A stretch of 64,000 bases of DNA from the human T2T-CHM13v2.0 reference genome, Homo sapiens (GCF_009914755.1 NC_060941.1), one strand, 5' to 3'; shown: positions 1-21,265, counted from the first letter of the stretch. Program-made: numbers and translations. Notes: generated by a model not told the origin, from the letters alone.

Positions 1-1834
1 ATCAATAGATACAACTGACTTAAACAAAAGCTCTTTGGAATCTGCAATCATTTTTATTTTATTTATTTATTTATCATTATGAAGACAGTTTAACTGAGAT
101 CCAGTCATTTGATAGAAAACTAGAGCTTCCTGTGTCAATAAGGACTGATCTCAAAAATGTGTGTCCAGACAAAAGAAAGTTGCAAAATATGTAGAGTGTA
201 CAACAATTTATATACACTTTTAGGACATGAAAACAAATTATACTTATTATTTATGACCATACACATATGTAATAAAATGTTTTATAAGGGAATGGACATG
301 ATAAATGCTTAATTCAGGGTATTGGTTACCTCTAGGCAATAATATTTAATCATATAAAAGGAGCCCCAGGCCAAAAAGTTTCAGAATCAGTGTTTTAAAA
401 GACTGTGTCCACCATACAGTTATTAAGGAGTGATTAATTGCTTTCCTCATTTTTGATAATCAAAGATACCCCCACAATACACACACACATGATCTGCTAA
501 CCAGAATATCTGACTGGCTTTAAATCATCAGTATAGCCACACTATGATGAAACAATTAAACTTAAAGCACAACTCACATGTTGGCAAGTAAAGTTTGTCT
601 TATATTATTTCCACCTTCCTAATACCCACTCTTCCTTTTTCTGAAGTATTATCTCATTTTACCACCCTCCATCATATCCACCTGCTTCTTTTCCCTTCAT
701 TTACTCCCTGTACTCTCTGCCTTCCACATTGTTTATTCTCCCTTTTACTCTTATCCTTTTCCTTCTATCCTGACACTGCATATCTAGGGTTCAGTACTAT
801 CCACAGTTCCAGGCATTCACTGGGGGTCTTGGAATATATCCCCATGGATAAGGGGGGAAAACTGTACATTTTGTTGTGTAGGTCTATGGGTGCTGTGCTG
901 TGTTATATGGCAAAACATAGGGAAGAGACCAGGGACAAGGATCTTTGCAAAGACTTTTGAGCTGCCAGTGGAGAAGAGCTCAAGGGAGATCAATGTACTC
1001 ACTCTCACTAATCATCTTCTAGGGCAGATGCTGGCAATGTTTACTGAGTTCTAGCTATTTTCCCTAGCACAAACAAGGCTCAAATTCACCTCCCATTTTA
1101 CCTCCTATGGACAGAACCACTGGAAAGATCACTCCCATAAAGAGCTTATTCATTCTGAGCCACACCATTCATTCAGTGAGAAGCTTAAGAAGAAACACTG
1201 CCACGGTGTATGAAAAATAAATATGAAAAACTACCTGATATGAAAAATATATATGAACAGAACTATCAATCAAGCTGCCAGAATGTGCCAACAGTTGTTA
1301 ACTGTCTCCGGTGAAAACAAAATTATTTTTCACTTCTTGTAAAGCAAAACACTGGTATTTCTTATGACAGAGCATCTAGTTACAGATGAGCCATGTTATA
1401 ATAATATAGACTGTTTTCAAGCTCATCCCTATAAAGAAGAGAACCAGTGAGGAACATATTTATTCACCTGTAATATTCACTGCCTGATCTTCTTTTTAAG
1501 TGCAAGGTAAGTACGCAAGACTTTGTGATTCCAGTTTTATAAAGACCAGCTCTTGAGATTATCCTGTCCCATCGCTAAAGTCTATCTGGACCCATCTCCT
1601 AGAGCACGATGGTCCAGTTAGTGCTGTGGAATACTGCATGGTGCCATTTTTCCCCACCCTCCCCGTTACATGGCAAATGTCTACAGAAATCACACTTTCT
1701 CAGCACGTCAAGTCATATGTCATCAGATCCTATTCTGATGAACAAAACACGAGAAAAACAAAGGCAAGGACAAAGAACATCTAAAATGACAGAATCCAAT
1801 TACTATGGAAATTTGTTGTTTAAATATTCAAAAA

Positions 1835-2270
1835 GATATCCACTGTTTTATTCCAACTATATGACTAGTCTGGAAAAAGCAAAACTATGGAGACGCCAAA
1901 AAGAACAATGGTTGCCAGAAGCCAGTGGAGAAGAAGAAACAAAATGGCAGAGGACAGAGGATATTTAGGGCAGTGAAACTATTTTGTCTATGATACTACA
2001 AGGGTATATACATGCCATTACACATTTGTCCAATATCATGGAGTATACTACACCAAGAGTGAACCCTAATGTAAACTGTGGACCTTGGGAGTGATGTGTC
2101 TGTCAAGGTAGATTCCTCAACTGTAACTGATGAACTCTGATGGGGGGTACTGATAATGAGGGAGGCTATTCATATGTCAGGGGTCATGGGGAATATGGAA
2201 AGTCTCTGTACCTTCTCAGTTTTGCTGTGAATCTAAGACTGCTCGGAAAATAATGTTACTAATTTTAAAA
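1835..2270 (+). mobile_element. L1MB/MC 3'UTR fragment
   Basis: ttccaactatatgac..ctggaaaa..caaaactatggagac...caccaagagtgaaccctaatgtaaac. Related copies at about 36760-37560 and 47750-48225. Confidence 0.75.
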
Positions 2271-2849
2271 AATTACTCACTGAACTTGCTATTACCCTAA
2301 ACTATAAAAAGACAGAGTCACCTTGAAAACTGCAAATCACTAAAGATCAAGGTAACAGAATATGAGTACTATCTCCCAAATTGAAGCATATAAAAACACA
2401 TAAAGCAATTAATTTTAATTGCATATTTAGGCAAAAAAAATTGATAAAAATAATTGAATATCTAATCTTATTTCATAATTATAAACAGGGACTTAATACA
2501 ATATGAATCAAAAATGGTCCATCCATGTAAATAAAATGAAAGACAATTTTTATTCTAATTTTAAATCAGAAATTATTATGCCTATTTTATCCCACAATTT
2601 TACTGGAAAGTTAATCAGGTAAGAAGGACAGATTATAATTACTTAATATTGCCATAGTAACTTATGCATAAATACCTGTTAAGTATTCACCAAATGTCAA
2701 AACTGTAAGCAGCCTTGCTGCTTAACATGAATGATGCAACTGAAACAAATACCATGTTATGGTCTATCATAATATTTGCTATTATATTACATAAAATTTT
2801 AAGATAACATCAAAAATTTAGTCAGGGCCATAGCTGCTGGGCAGCAAAG

Positions 2850-3412
2850 ATTTCATATAGCAGGCACAAGACATCCATCCTTAGAAAGGCTTGCTTGCAA
2901 GGCTAGTCCTTGGCTGGTGTTTGGGACCTTGAATTTGAGAGGGTTCCCACCATTCCCTAACTTAGAAGAAGGGAATGGCTCACTGTGCCTAAATTGTTTG
3001 TGCAAATGTGGTTTACTATGAACAGTTAATCTCTTCCTGGGAGTCTAGAATTTTGTTACATGTGAGGGAGAGAAGAGGTGGCCTATGTGACTAGCCTCCG
3101 TTGAAAACATGGATGCTAAGTCTCTAATGAAACTCTGGTAAGGTAGACAACATTGCACATGTGTCGTCAAAATTTGAGGCTGGGGGAATTAAGCGCATCC
3201 TGCTAACTACACAGGAGATGACTCCTGTAGCTTGTGCCTGGCTTCCTCCAGACTTTGACACATGCACCTTTTCCCTTCTTGAATTTTACTTTGTGTCTTT
3301 TCACTGTATTAAATATAATAAATGAAAGCCCCGAGTATGACTGACTGCTGAGTCCTGTGAGTCCTTCTCAGTGAATTACCAAACCTAGGATGGTCTTGGG
3401 AACCCCTGATAC
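2850..3412 (+). mobile_element. Solo LTR (MER21-like)
   Basis: Ends ...gagtcctgtgagtccttc..gtgaatta..ggtcttgggaacccctgataca, typical of the MER21 group. Confidence 0.6.
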
Positions 3413-5825
3413 AATTGCATTATACAATTTTTTTTATTGTTTAAGTTGATGTGTTATATGTGACTACAATCAGAAGGTTATTTCACAGAATACCTTTCCC
3501 TAATCTGCTTATTATTTAGTTTTTGATGTTTGCCTTGGAGATTCCTGTACTTCTATATCCACTGGACTAACAGCATTAAAAATGCATGAAACAATGATGT
3601 CAGAAAGTAATTTTAAAAATCAACAATCCTATTTTAACCCAATTAAAAAATAGAAAATCTTGATTGACAATACGTTCTACAGTATAAAAGTTTCTGGAAC
3701 AAAAAATTAAAAGATCACAGTTTTCTCCCACTCGGTAGAGTTTAATTCATTTTTATTATAATTGTGCAGCAGGCCAACAATTCAGTAGCACACATCTGTT
3801 GTTCCACCTACTCAGGAGGCTGAGGCAGAACGATTGCTTGAGGCTAGGAACTAAAGCTGCAGTGTGCTATAATCACACCTGTTCAAAAAAAAGTCCAAAA
3901 AAAAAAAAAACTCCTGCAAATAGTGGAAATGATCAGTAAGGATCAATAGGAGTTTTAACTTATCTGGCAGGGAGAAGAGTCTATCTTATATATAGATGGT
4001 TAAAATTGTGGTAATCCAATTGACCATATATTCTAGTTAAATCACAGATTACCAATTTCTGAAGAAATATAATACCAGAAAAGCACTTCACATTTAAACT
4101 ATGTCAGATAAAACAATTTGTATTTGATAACCCAGAAGACACTTAAAATCTTGGCAGACCATCATCGTTGTATCATTGTGGTGCAGATATAAAGAAGTGC
4201 ATTTGAAATGTGTTCTAATAGTATTTTCTTTAGGGATGAAATGCAAAAGGAAGCAGTAAGAGCAGAAATACGACAAGGGGATAAAATGAAAAGGGAACTG
4301 CACTAATAAAAAGAGTCAGGCACTGATTTTTCTACTGATGTGACCAGTATTCCCCAAGTACTGAGAACTACTATATTCAGCATTTCACTTTATATTCTTC
4401 TCCAGGACATTGTATTAGTTTCCTGCAATAAAATATTTTTACAATGTCAGTTTGTCGAAACTGCTGGACTGTAAACTATTTCTAATCGAAACCTGAAATT
4501 GTGTCACAACATGGCTGTATTACGATTCCATGTCAGAGGAAGGATATATACGTGCATCTGGTAGTGGCTTCCAGTTGTTGCTGTCAGATGTTTGTTTGGG
4601 AATGCATTCAGAAGAGCTTATCAAGGACTTGAGTACAAAACAAGCATTTCCACAAAAAAGCAGGTAAGAAAGACACTTCTCCTCACAAATGACCTTAGGT
4701 TTAGACAATTCTAGGAAAATGGTGGTACATTAACTCAACGTCTTGACCATTTTCCCTGATCCTGTATAGGGAGCTGCTGCAGTTACAAAAGTTAGACAGG
4801 ATCTTGGTAGGTGTATTCTTCCACATTTGAACACCGGAAGTACTGATCACATAAACAGCGAACCCCACAACTCTATGATTGTTCTTTAGAAGAGAGTGCC
4901 ACCGAGAGCTTTTAAAAAGTTAACTCACTTTTCAGTAATCTTACTGGTTAGAATTGATACTCCCTCCCTGAAATTCTCACCTTCATAAATTTTTGCAGCA
5001 TCACTTTATGATTCCTCTCCTTTTACTTAAGCCACTGCTCAGGCTTCTTTCCTAACTCCTCTGGGAAATGCTGATATTCCCAGGGTTCTGTCACTGGCCC
5101 TCTGCTCATTCTATACCTTTCCCATCATGGATAAGCTCACTCAGATCTACAACTTTGCCTCCGTTATTCCAAGTCTGCAACTCCAACCTCCGAGTTCCAT
5201 CTCCAACCATAAAAATTTTATGCAATTACCTACTGAAAATATCCCACATGGACATTTCAGTAAACTCAGCAATGCAGAGAAAACTGTTAGTCGTGGCTGC
5301 TGACCCACGCTCTCCTCTATACACCTGAAAACTGCCTACTCCCTCGTGTCCAGGTTAAATGCTAGGGCACAAGCCAGAAACCTGAGAATCATCTGAGATT
5401 TCTCCCTATCCCCTATCTTTTTACATTCAACAGTCACTAAATCATATTAACTGTACCTCTTTTCTGCATCTGCTTTATATTTCCACTGTGACACATTTAT
5501 TTTATGTTTATATTTCCTAGTTAAACATGGGCTCTTAAGTAGTGGCTTTTATAGGGAAAAAACAACTATTAATGTTATTTCTTAAAAAAAAAAAAGCTTA
5601 AGTAAAATAAATGAAAAAGGCATCATGCCAAGAAAAAGACCAACATTTTTAAAGGAATAACTGAGCTCCTTAACCTTATTGATTTCACCATGGATGGGTG
5701 AAAACCTCACAACAGACTGACACTAGTCTGAGGACAGCACAAGGAAACTATAGCTCTGATAACTGCAAATGTTTCCTTTGTTTCCCTGTCTCTTTATGTG
5801 GTTATCTTCCAGCTACCCTCCATAT

Positions 5826-6025
5826 CAGGGGTCAGCAAACTATAGACTGTGGGGCAAATCCAATCAGCCTTATAGTTTTGTAAGTAAAGTTTTATTGGAG
5901 CTCAGTCATGCGTATTTGCTTACCTCTTATCTATGACTGTTTTCATACTTCAATGGCAGGGTTGAGTAGGAATGACATACCACATGAAAAAGCCCTGTAC
6001 AGAAAATGCTTGCCAATCCCTGCTT
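5826..6025. mobile_element. MER58A-like hAT DNA transposon
   Basis: Terminal inverted repeats CAGGGGTCAGCAAA...TTGCCAATCCCTG. Confidence 0.7.
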
Positions 6026-6586
6026 TATACCATAACCAGAATGCCCTAATACTCAAATCTAATCATGTGACTCCCCACTCCAATGAATCCCTACAGTAAA
6101 CATTGCTGTCTCCCTACCCAATAGTGAGTCCCTGCTCTGTCTTGCTGGAGGAACACATGTCTATTTGGATATTTGCCATGCCAATATCCCTACCAACCCA
6201 AAAGAAGAAATGATTATCCTAAGCTCATCATAGTAATTACATTTGCTTCCCCAGTGCCTGGTTTAGGAATGAGCATGTGGTAGGACCCAGCCAATAAAAT
6301 GTTACAGGAAGTCAACTGCACGTTTCCGAGTCTTCTCCCTAACTAAAAGAAACATGTAAAGAAAAGCCACCCTTTCAGCCTTCAGATATTGTCGGTGAGA
6401 CCATGATGTTTGGAGCCGTTGCTAATTAGCCATGAAAACTGACATGAACAAAACACTGATATCACTGAACGGTCAAAATAACTCTGGTCCCTACTGTTTT
6501 AGCCACTGTTAATTAGGTCATCTAGCATTTTCAGCCCAAAGCATTCCACCTGGTAAATTTCCCATGGCCTACAGGAAAAGATCTAG

Positions 6587-9943
<3,357 letters not shown>

Positions 9944-10205
9944 TTTCTTATTTATACAAAAATATCACATAGAATTTTAGGGACCATAATTAATTTTTTT
10001 TCAGACCAGATTGTTTGAAAAAATAAATGACCTACAATTAACTTTTTAAATAATTGTGACATCTAACCTACCAAGAAATCTAACCTATCAAGAAAGAAAT
10101 AAAGATTTTTTAAAACTGCTCTTTCATGATCAAAACTTCCTTACTCTTACTTCTTTTTTACCCATGGTAGGACCACCAAAAATAATTCACTATCAGAAGT
10201 CTTAC

Positions 10206-10276
10206 CTGGATTGTTATTTTGAGGAAGACTTTCAGGTGTCTGTTTTTCCTTATATTCAGGAACTAGTTGCTGAATG
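10206..10276 (-). CDS. CCDC144NL: CCDC144NL coding exon 2 (71 nt)
   Basis: ccatag|CATTCAGCAA...AATCCAG|gtaag. In phase with exon 1 it gives [24 protein letters not shown], the CCDC144 continuation. Later exons were not found in this window. Confidence 0.9.
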
Positions 10277-11346
10277 CTATGGATAAAAATGTAATAAATG
10301 AAATTATTTTAAAACAAATGAAAAATACCAAATATATTAAATTTTTAGAGCATTTCAAACAATATCAGAGTTAATATCAGAACTTTAATTATCCCATATA
10401 CTTCAATTTGTGAGTTCTACCAACTTCTCTTTAAGCTTCTGAAGAAGAAAAAAAGATGAAGTACTCATGAATTGAAGGGAGTATAGCTCAGTAAATTAAC
10501 TCACATTAGCTTGGCATAATGGAAAGCATCCTAGCTCTATTACCAGCAGCTATTTATTCTCTGACAAGTTGCTTCTCTTAGGCTCAATGTATTCTTCTAA
10601 AAAGCAAGGATTTTACTGCCTTATTTCACTAGGTTGTTAAAGATTTAACAAGAAAACGTTTTGTAAATGCTCAGAGGAACAGTGAAGCAATGAAATAATT
10701 TGTTCTTGAGGTTTATTGCGGAAATGGTTTTGGAATCACAAATAAAACCCAATGTGTATTTTTTCCAGAGGTTCTAATATTCAAATGTTGCAGTTTTCCA
10801 AAACTGTTATTAAGTTCTAGTTTTATTAGTTCTATTCTTTGTGGCTTATAATTTGGGGCATCACAGCTAGTTCATAGTTTGTAACTAAATTTACTTATAA
10901 ATATATTATTTCACCAAACTAGATAACAACACTGTCCACTATTACTGAGCTCATCAATCACACCAAGGGGAGAAAGCTAATAGATGTCAAGACCTAGCTT
11001 GGACTACTGTTCCATACAGACTCAAACTCTGAATCGGCAGATCTTTGTTAGAAGGATGCTCAATCCCCGTGTTCATCTCCAACTGACATGGAAAACAAAA
11101 TTCTACTTTTTTTTTTCAGTTCCACGAAAGACATGCAAGTTGACATTCTCTCATTTCTGAGATACATACTGACAATATATTTGCACACAACATCCCACGT
11201 GTTACTCAGCTCCATTGATCACCTTACTGCATATTTTTGTAGTGAAAAATCACAATTTTAATATTAGGTGATACCCAGTTTGCTTTGACTCACACTGTCT
11301 TTGGAACTAGTCAGCAAATAGTCAAATGAACTTCTAGTGACTGCGC

Positions 11347-11453
11347 AAAATATGGACCACTTCAAAAATCTGTGCATCCTTATGCAGGCAGGGGCCATGC
11401 TAATTTCTCTCCATTTTGTTCCAATTTTAGTATATGTTTGCTGCTGAAGCAAG
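11347..11453 (-). pseudogene. U6 snRNA pseudogene
   Basis: Minus strand CTTGCTTCAGCAGCAAACATATACTAAAATTGGAAC...ATTAGCATGGCCCCTGC...CCATATTTT aligns with near full-length U6 with many substitutions. The ACAGAGA box is mutated. Confidence 0.92.
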
Positions 11454-11468
11454 TTTTGTTTGTTTTAG

Positions 11469-11630
<162 letters not shown>

Positions 11631-12369
11631 TAGTAGTGACGGGGTTTCACCGTGTTAGCCAGGATGCTCTCAATCACCTGACCTCGTGATCCGCCCACCT
11701 TAGGCTCCCAAATTGCTGGGATTACAGGCATGAGCCACTGCACCCTGCCAAAGCTCTCATTTTATACATGGATATTCATGAGTCATGGATGAGACTTAGC
11801 TCTGTTAAATCCAACTAACATACTTGAGACTCAGAATTCTGGTGAGGGCTTCCTGCCACAAATCTGGGAAAGGATAATATGGGACATTCCACGATCTAAG
11901 AAAAGGGTCCTCAGCATACAGATCTGGTAGCAATGAAAAAAGGAAACTCGTCTCTTTCTGCAACATTATTTGAACTGAACCCCGAGGGCCTAAAGGATAA
12001 TTTATCATGAAGGTCTTAGCTAAGTCTAGGCTGAGACAAAAGCGTAACAGGCGGGGTTTCACCATGTTGGTCAGGCTGGTCTCGAACTTCTGGCCTCGTG
12101 ATCTGCCCTCCTCGGCCTCCCAAAGTGCTGGGATTACAGGCATGAGCCACCGAGCCCGGCCAACATGAAGTTCTTAAGGATGGAAGGAACCTGAGCGACA
12201 GTAGAATATGTCTGCTGTACAATAGGTATTCAGCTTATGTTTGATGAATAAATTGAGAAAATGGATAAACACAGTTGGGAAGTGCAATATTTTTAAAGAA
12301 AACTCCTGTAAAGTAGACGAACACTTTTGCAATAGTAATAATCATTTATATTTGATCCCATCTCATTAA

Positions 12370-14021
<1,652 letters not shown>

Positions 14022-14079
14022 TCAAATACTAATTCTTGAGGACAATTAAGACAGATCGCATTATGAAAAACAGATTTTG

Positions 14080-14320
14080 TCACTGAAGGCTCAGGGCTTC
14101 AGCCTAGATCCTGCGCTGCTCACCCACAGAAAGCCAATCACTGAGATGAGTATTGCAAAGGAAGAAGGCTTTAATCAGATGCTGCAGCCGAGGAGATGGG
14201 AGCTCAGTCTCAAATCCGTCTCTCTGACCAACTAAAATTAGGGATTTTTAGTATAGCAAAGAAGAAATGTAACTATGTATAAGAAAACATGAACTAGGAA
14301 GTGGTAAGGAAGCAATCATT
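14080..14320 (-). mobile_element. ERV1-class LTR fragment (LTR8/MER4-like)
   Basis: cacagaaagccaatcactgaga..gaagaaggctttaatc..gctgcagccgaggagatgggag..cagtctcaaatcc. Confidence 0.55.
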
Positions 14321-14406
14321 TACAAAAGTATCTGCGGCCGGGCCCAGTGGCTCCCACCTGTAATCCCAGCACTTTGGGAGGCAGAGGCGGGTAGATCATG
14401 AGGTCA

Positions 14407-14601
<195 letters not shown>

Positions 14602-15239
14602 CTAGACTCCATCTCAAAAAAAAAAAAAAACAGAAAAAGAAAAAAAGTATCTTCACCCTGCCTCCTCAATCTTGGCATAATTCCCCCTGCGAGTGGTTTC
14701 TGGGGTCTCAGTTGGCATTTAGTCACACATTGCACATATCGTGTGCACAACTGCACAGCTCAGCAGTGTCCTGGGTAGGCCTTGAAGGGTGATCTTCACG
14801 TAAGCCTGTGGCCAGAGCAAGAAAGCTGCACACGGGCAGCGGAGGAACCAGCAGGAGCCCAGTCCACTGGAAAATTCCAGCACCACCCGCAAGAGCAGCT
14901 GCAGTGGAGACTGTGACCTGACAAGGATATATGCATGAAGATGCTGGTCTGAAAACAGACTCAGTTTAAGGGTGGCACTTTGAAAAATATTGATAAATGT
15001 CAGTGAGAAAAAAATAATTAGAAACAAAATGTATTTATTAGAAATATTAGTCATTTATCATACACTTTCCTATGAATAGTTAAATACATATAATTAGCAT
15101 GTCATGTCCAAAAGTGCTGGGTACAATCTAGTGTGCTCTTTATAGACATGAGGCCACAGATGTATCAATTACACTCAACTAATGTAGTTAAAGTTAGTGT
15201 GCTAAAAAAAAATTAGTGTGCTACTCAGGATGTTACAGA

Positions 15240-15571
15240 TTTAGCAAAACTCTAACCTGGATCAGAGGAATGAAATGCCCCGTGAATTGAGGCAACTGTA
15301 GAGACTCAAAATGCTTCTAAAAAGGCTGTGAGGTTGTCCTTTACTGCATGTCATTGGTAGGACATCTCAAAATGGCACTCGAGCTTTGGAAGAATGAGAA
15401 CTATTGCTGGATTTGACAGTGGGTCTGCATCTATGGGCCCGAGTCCTCCATCTCCACAAGCCGCCCCTCAGTGGGGAAGAGGAGGGGGAGACTAAGGGAG
15501 TCCCCGTAATGTTCGTGGGCAGCAGGGAAGAGAACATGGCAGAGATTCCTCACCGCTGGAGGGCTTGTCCC
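15240..15571 (-). pseudogene. Collagen relic: helix-end / C-propeptide junction region
   Basis: cag|G-D-K..G-E-E..C-P-R..G-L-P..PP, then C(G)-S-K-D-N-L-T-A-F(C)-L-E (15348-15315, needs a 1-nt shift) and D-P-G-*(Q)-S(G)-F(C) (15263-15246). These resemble COLFI GSRKNPARTCRDL and IDPNQGC. Confidence 0.55.
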
Positions 15572-16042
15572 CTGGGTATGTGTGTTTTTGTTTAATACCG
15601 ACTGGCATCTACTTGGGTTGGTCTCTACAAAAGCTGTAAAAAAACAAATGAATGAAAAAGGAAAACAGACTAATATTGTTTTTGAAGTGAAAGGGGCTAG
15701 GACAAGAGAAATTCCTGAGAATGTTATCCCTGCGGGGGGCGGGGGGGAGGGGGATGGGCTACCATCAGAGAAGGAAAATTCAATCCCTTTTCAGTGCAGA
15801 GAACAGCGACTTCTCATCTTGAAAAACTCCCCCACTCTACTGAGGCTTGCATTTTGCAGCTGTCTTTCATGTAAAAATTATACATAAAAAAAGGATCTTC
15901 AGAACAACCAAAGAATTTTAAATGACTACATACTGACTGAGGGAAGATGGAAAGAAACGTGGCTGTTGTGGCCTCTGAAAGCCTCAGGACAGAAACTGGG
16001 AATGGCACACTCTGCTGAGTATAGAAAATGTAAGATGCTGAC

Positions 16043-16284
16043 CTTGTTTTCCCAGTTTACCAACTTTCCACCTTCACCTGGTGCTCTGAGTTCTGTTAAA
16101 AACAGACCTAAAAACCCTACCTCTTGGCCTAGCTGGGGTGAGGACTGCCTCCCCCAGGTCCTGCACCTCCACACGCCAGCGGATGGCTTGGGGGAGGCTA
16201 CTAGCTGCTGTGCTAGAAGGCCTATTCCTGCATCCCTGAGGCCATCAGTCACAATTCCAGGACCCCAGCAGAACCTTCCCTTCC
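16043..16284 (-). pseudogene. Collagen relic exons (16121-16284, about 162 nt; 16043-16092, about 54 nt)
   Basis: tttcag|GRE GSA GVL ... DGLR ... GVW RCR .. GRQ .. GQE|gtaggg, then EL RAP GEG GKL VNW ENK|gtcagc. Confidence 0.8.
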
Positions 16285-16324
16285 CTGAAACACCGCCTGT
16301 ATTTCTTTGTGTGTGTGTGACAGA

Positions 16325-18651
<2,327 letters not shown>

Positions 18652-18792
18652 TCAAATATGTTTTAATATACATTATATTTACTTCATGGAAATTGTTATG
18701 TCATTAAACCACTTACATAAACCATTAATTTCTAGTAAACTTAGCTTATTTGGTCATAATAGCCATGGGACATGAACATTTAAGATACTCGC

Positions 18793-19593
18793 CCACTGAA
18801 TGTCCATCCCCTGGGTCAGCCTCTCCAGTGCCACGAAGTCCTCTTTGTTGATCACCTCTTTCCCTGCACTTGTCTTCCATCCATTTTTCTTCCAACCTTG
18901 AACCCAGTTACACCATTTATCGTAAACATACTGTCTGTATACAGAACCAGTTTATTGATGTTTTGAGTCTTTGCTTGTTCAATGGCCTTGTAGGCTGCAT
19001 GAATTTCCGCTCTTTGGTTTGTCTGCCACCCAGGAAGTCTAATGCCTACATTTAAAGGATAGCCCGGCCCCCAGTAAACGCGGATTCCTGCTCGTGGCCT
19101 TCTACGCCCATTACTGGAGCAGCAGCCATCAGCGTAGACGACGACGAAGTCTCCCATGTAGGAAAACGTGTCTCTGCTAACTGGAGGCGCCGGCTTCACC
19201 CTCGGCTTCATGTGCTTGCATATGGCTCTGCGCTTTCATCTCCATCTCCATCCAGTGGCTCACGGAGTCGCTTGCTGGCTTTCGTCTCTGATTCTTGTCC
19301 ATGTTGATTTTCCTGCCCTTCTGAAACTTCCGGGCTTGCAGATTTCCTGACAAAGTCCCAGGTCTCATCCTCTGTGGCAAACTTCTTAAATCTGGCAGCA
19401 GGAAACCGGTCCACCTGTGCTTTGCACTCATTCCCGGTCAGAAAGACCCCGGTCTTGCCGCCCCTCCTCACGGCATAGAACATCCCGAACCCGTGAGAGC
19501 AGCGGCAGGGCAAGGCGGCCAAGGCGACTCTGCGGCCAGGAACAGAAGCCGGCTCATCGCTCACTCCCGGCACCAGGAAGCATTTCGACTCCC
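18793..19593 (-). pseudogene. RNASEH1P1: RNase H1 retrocopy (spliced CDS up to GMDIQW, last exon absent), probably RNASEH1P1
   Basis: Intronless match to RNASEH1 from ATG 19557 through [31 protein letters not shown] and YTDS to GMDIQW. Three frameshifts: in the mitochondrial leader, at about 19213 and at about 18910. Confidence 0.9.
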
Positions 19594-20723
19594 AAGGAAC
19601 CACTAATTTTACAAAGAGAGTTGTCCTAAACTGTGACAAATTTTCCAGTACTTAATTCTTTTTACAATTCATTCGTTTTTTAAATGACAAAATTGTATAT
19701 ATGTTGTGTAAAACCTTTTTAGAAATAGGTAGATGGTGGAATGATTGCATTGCGCTCAGGAACATATGCATACTTACTTTTTGTGGTGAGAACCCTTCTT
19801 GATTTTCAAGAATACGATACATTAACTGCAGTTACCATGTTGTGCAATGTATCTCTTAAACTTATTCCTCCTGTCTAACTACACTTTTGAATGATTTCAC
19901 CGTCTCCCCAAACCCCTGCCTCCCACCCCCGGTAACCTCCATTCTACTCTCTGCTTCTGTGAGTAGAAGCAGGAGGCTGGAGAATTGCTTGAACTCAGGA
20001 GGCAGAGGTTGCAGTGAGCTGAGATCGAGCCGCTGCACTCCAGCCTGTGTGACAGAGCAAGACTCTCAAAAAAACAAACAAACAAACAAAAAAAACAGAG
20101 AATCCAGAGGTCAGACATTCCTTTTAGTAAGGACTCCAATATGGTTTCTCACCTACTCACTCCAACAAAATTGCTCTTCTCAAAGCACAAACGATATTGT
20201 TAAATTATGAATTAAAGCATAATTCCTCAGCCTTTGTCTTAATTTATGTATCAGCAGCATTTGACACAGGTGATCTCTCCTTTTTGCAAAACTTTCTTTG
20301 ATAGAATTCCAGAACACTTAACCCACTTTCCCCCCGACATTTTTGATAATTACCCCTAGTCCTTTTTTGCTGTTTTTTTCTCACCTTTACTACTTTTTAA
20401 ATGTTAGAGAAGCACTAGGCTCAGGACCTGGACTTATCTTTCTTTTATTTACTTTCTTACTAATTTTTGTGTCATTAATTTCCTGATATTTCATATTATA
20501 CCTCAACACTAGACTACACCCAGCACCGTCTGACTTCTTCACTTGGGTGTCAGCCAAGAATTTCAAAATGAAGTTCCACATGGAGCCTCCAATACTCCCC
20601 AGACTTGCCCTTCCCCTATCTGTTTAATGGCAACTCCCATTTTATAGTTTCTCAGCTCAATATTCTTGATATCCCCTTTTAGTTCTCTCTGTATCTGTCT
20701 GGTTCTCATTCTCTATCTCTCCA

Positions 20724-20724
<1 letters not shown>

Positions 20725-20769
<45 letters not shown>
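20725..20769. repeat. (CA)n microsatellite
   Basis: About 22 perfect CA units. Confidence 0.97.
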
Positions 20770-20771
<2 letters not shown>

Positions 20772-21070
20772 TCAGATCTGTTGTGTATGGAAAACCTGCC
20801 AGCTTTGCCTTTAAAGTGCAGTAATTCCAAATGGTGTTTTCAAATTCACCTTCCCACCCTCACCACTTGGTAACTACACTACTTCCCTCACACGGTCAGG
20901 GCTCTACTGCAGACATTTCTTGGAGGAAATAATGAGAACTATTATAAATTCTTATTTCAGGCACCCTCAAAATTATAGGCTAGCCATATTCTATATGAAT
21001 TTAAGCTTTTATCATTGCCCTTTTTTTCATTCCAGTCTCTACACAGCAACCACAGTATGCAATTTTTTAG

Positions 21071-21265
<195 letters not shown>

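Noticed and set aside
6468-6490. About 23-nt match AACGGTCAAAA(AA)TAACTCTGGTCC with 43579-43603
   Set aside because: Similarity does not extend on either side; no interpretable function.
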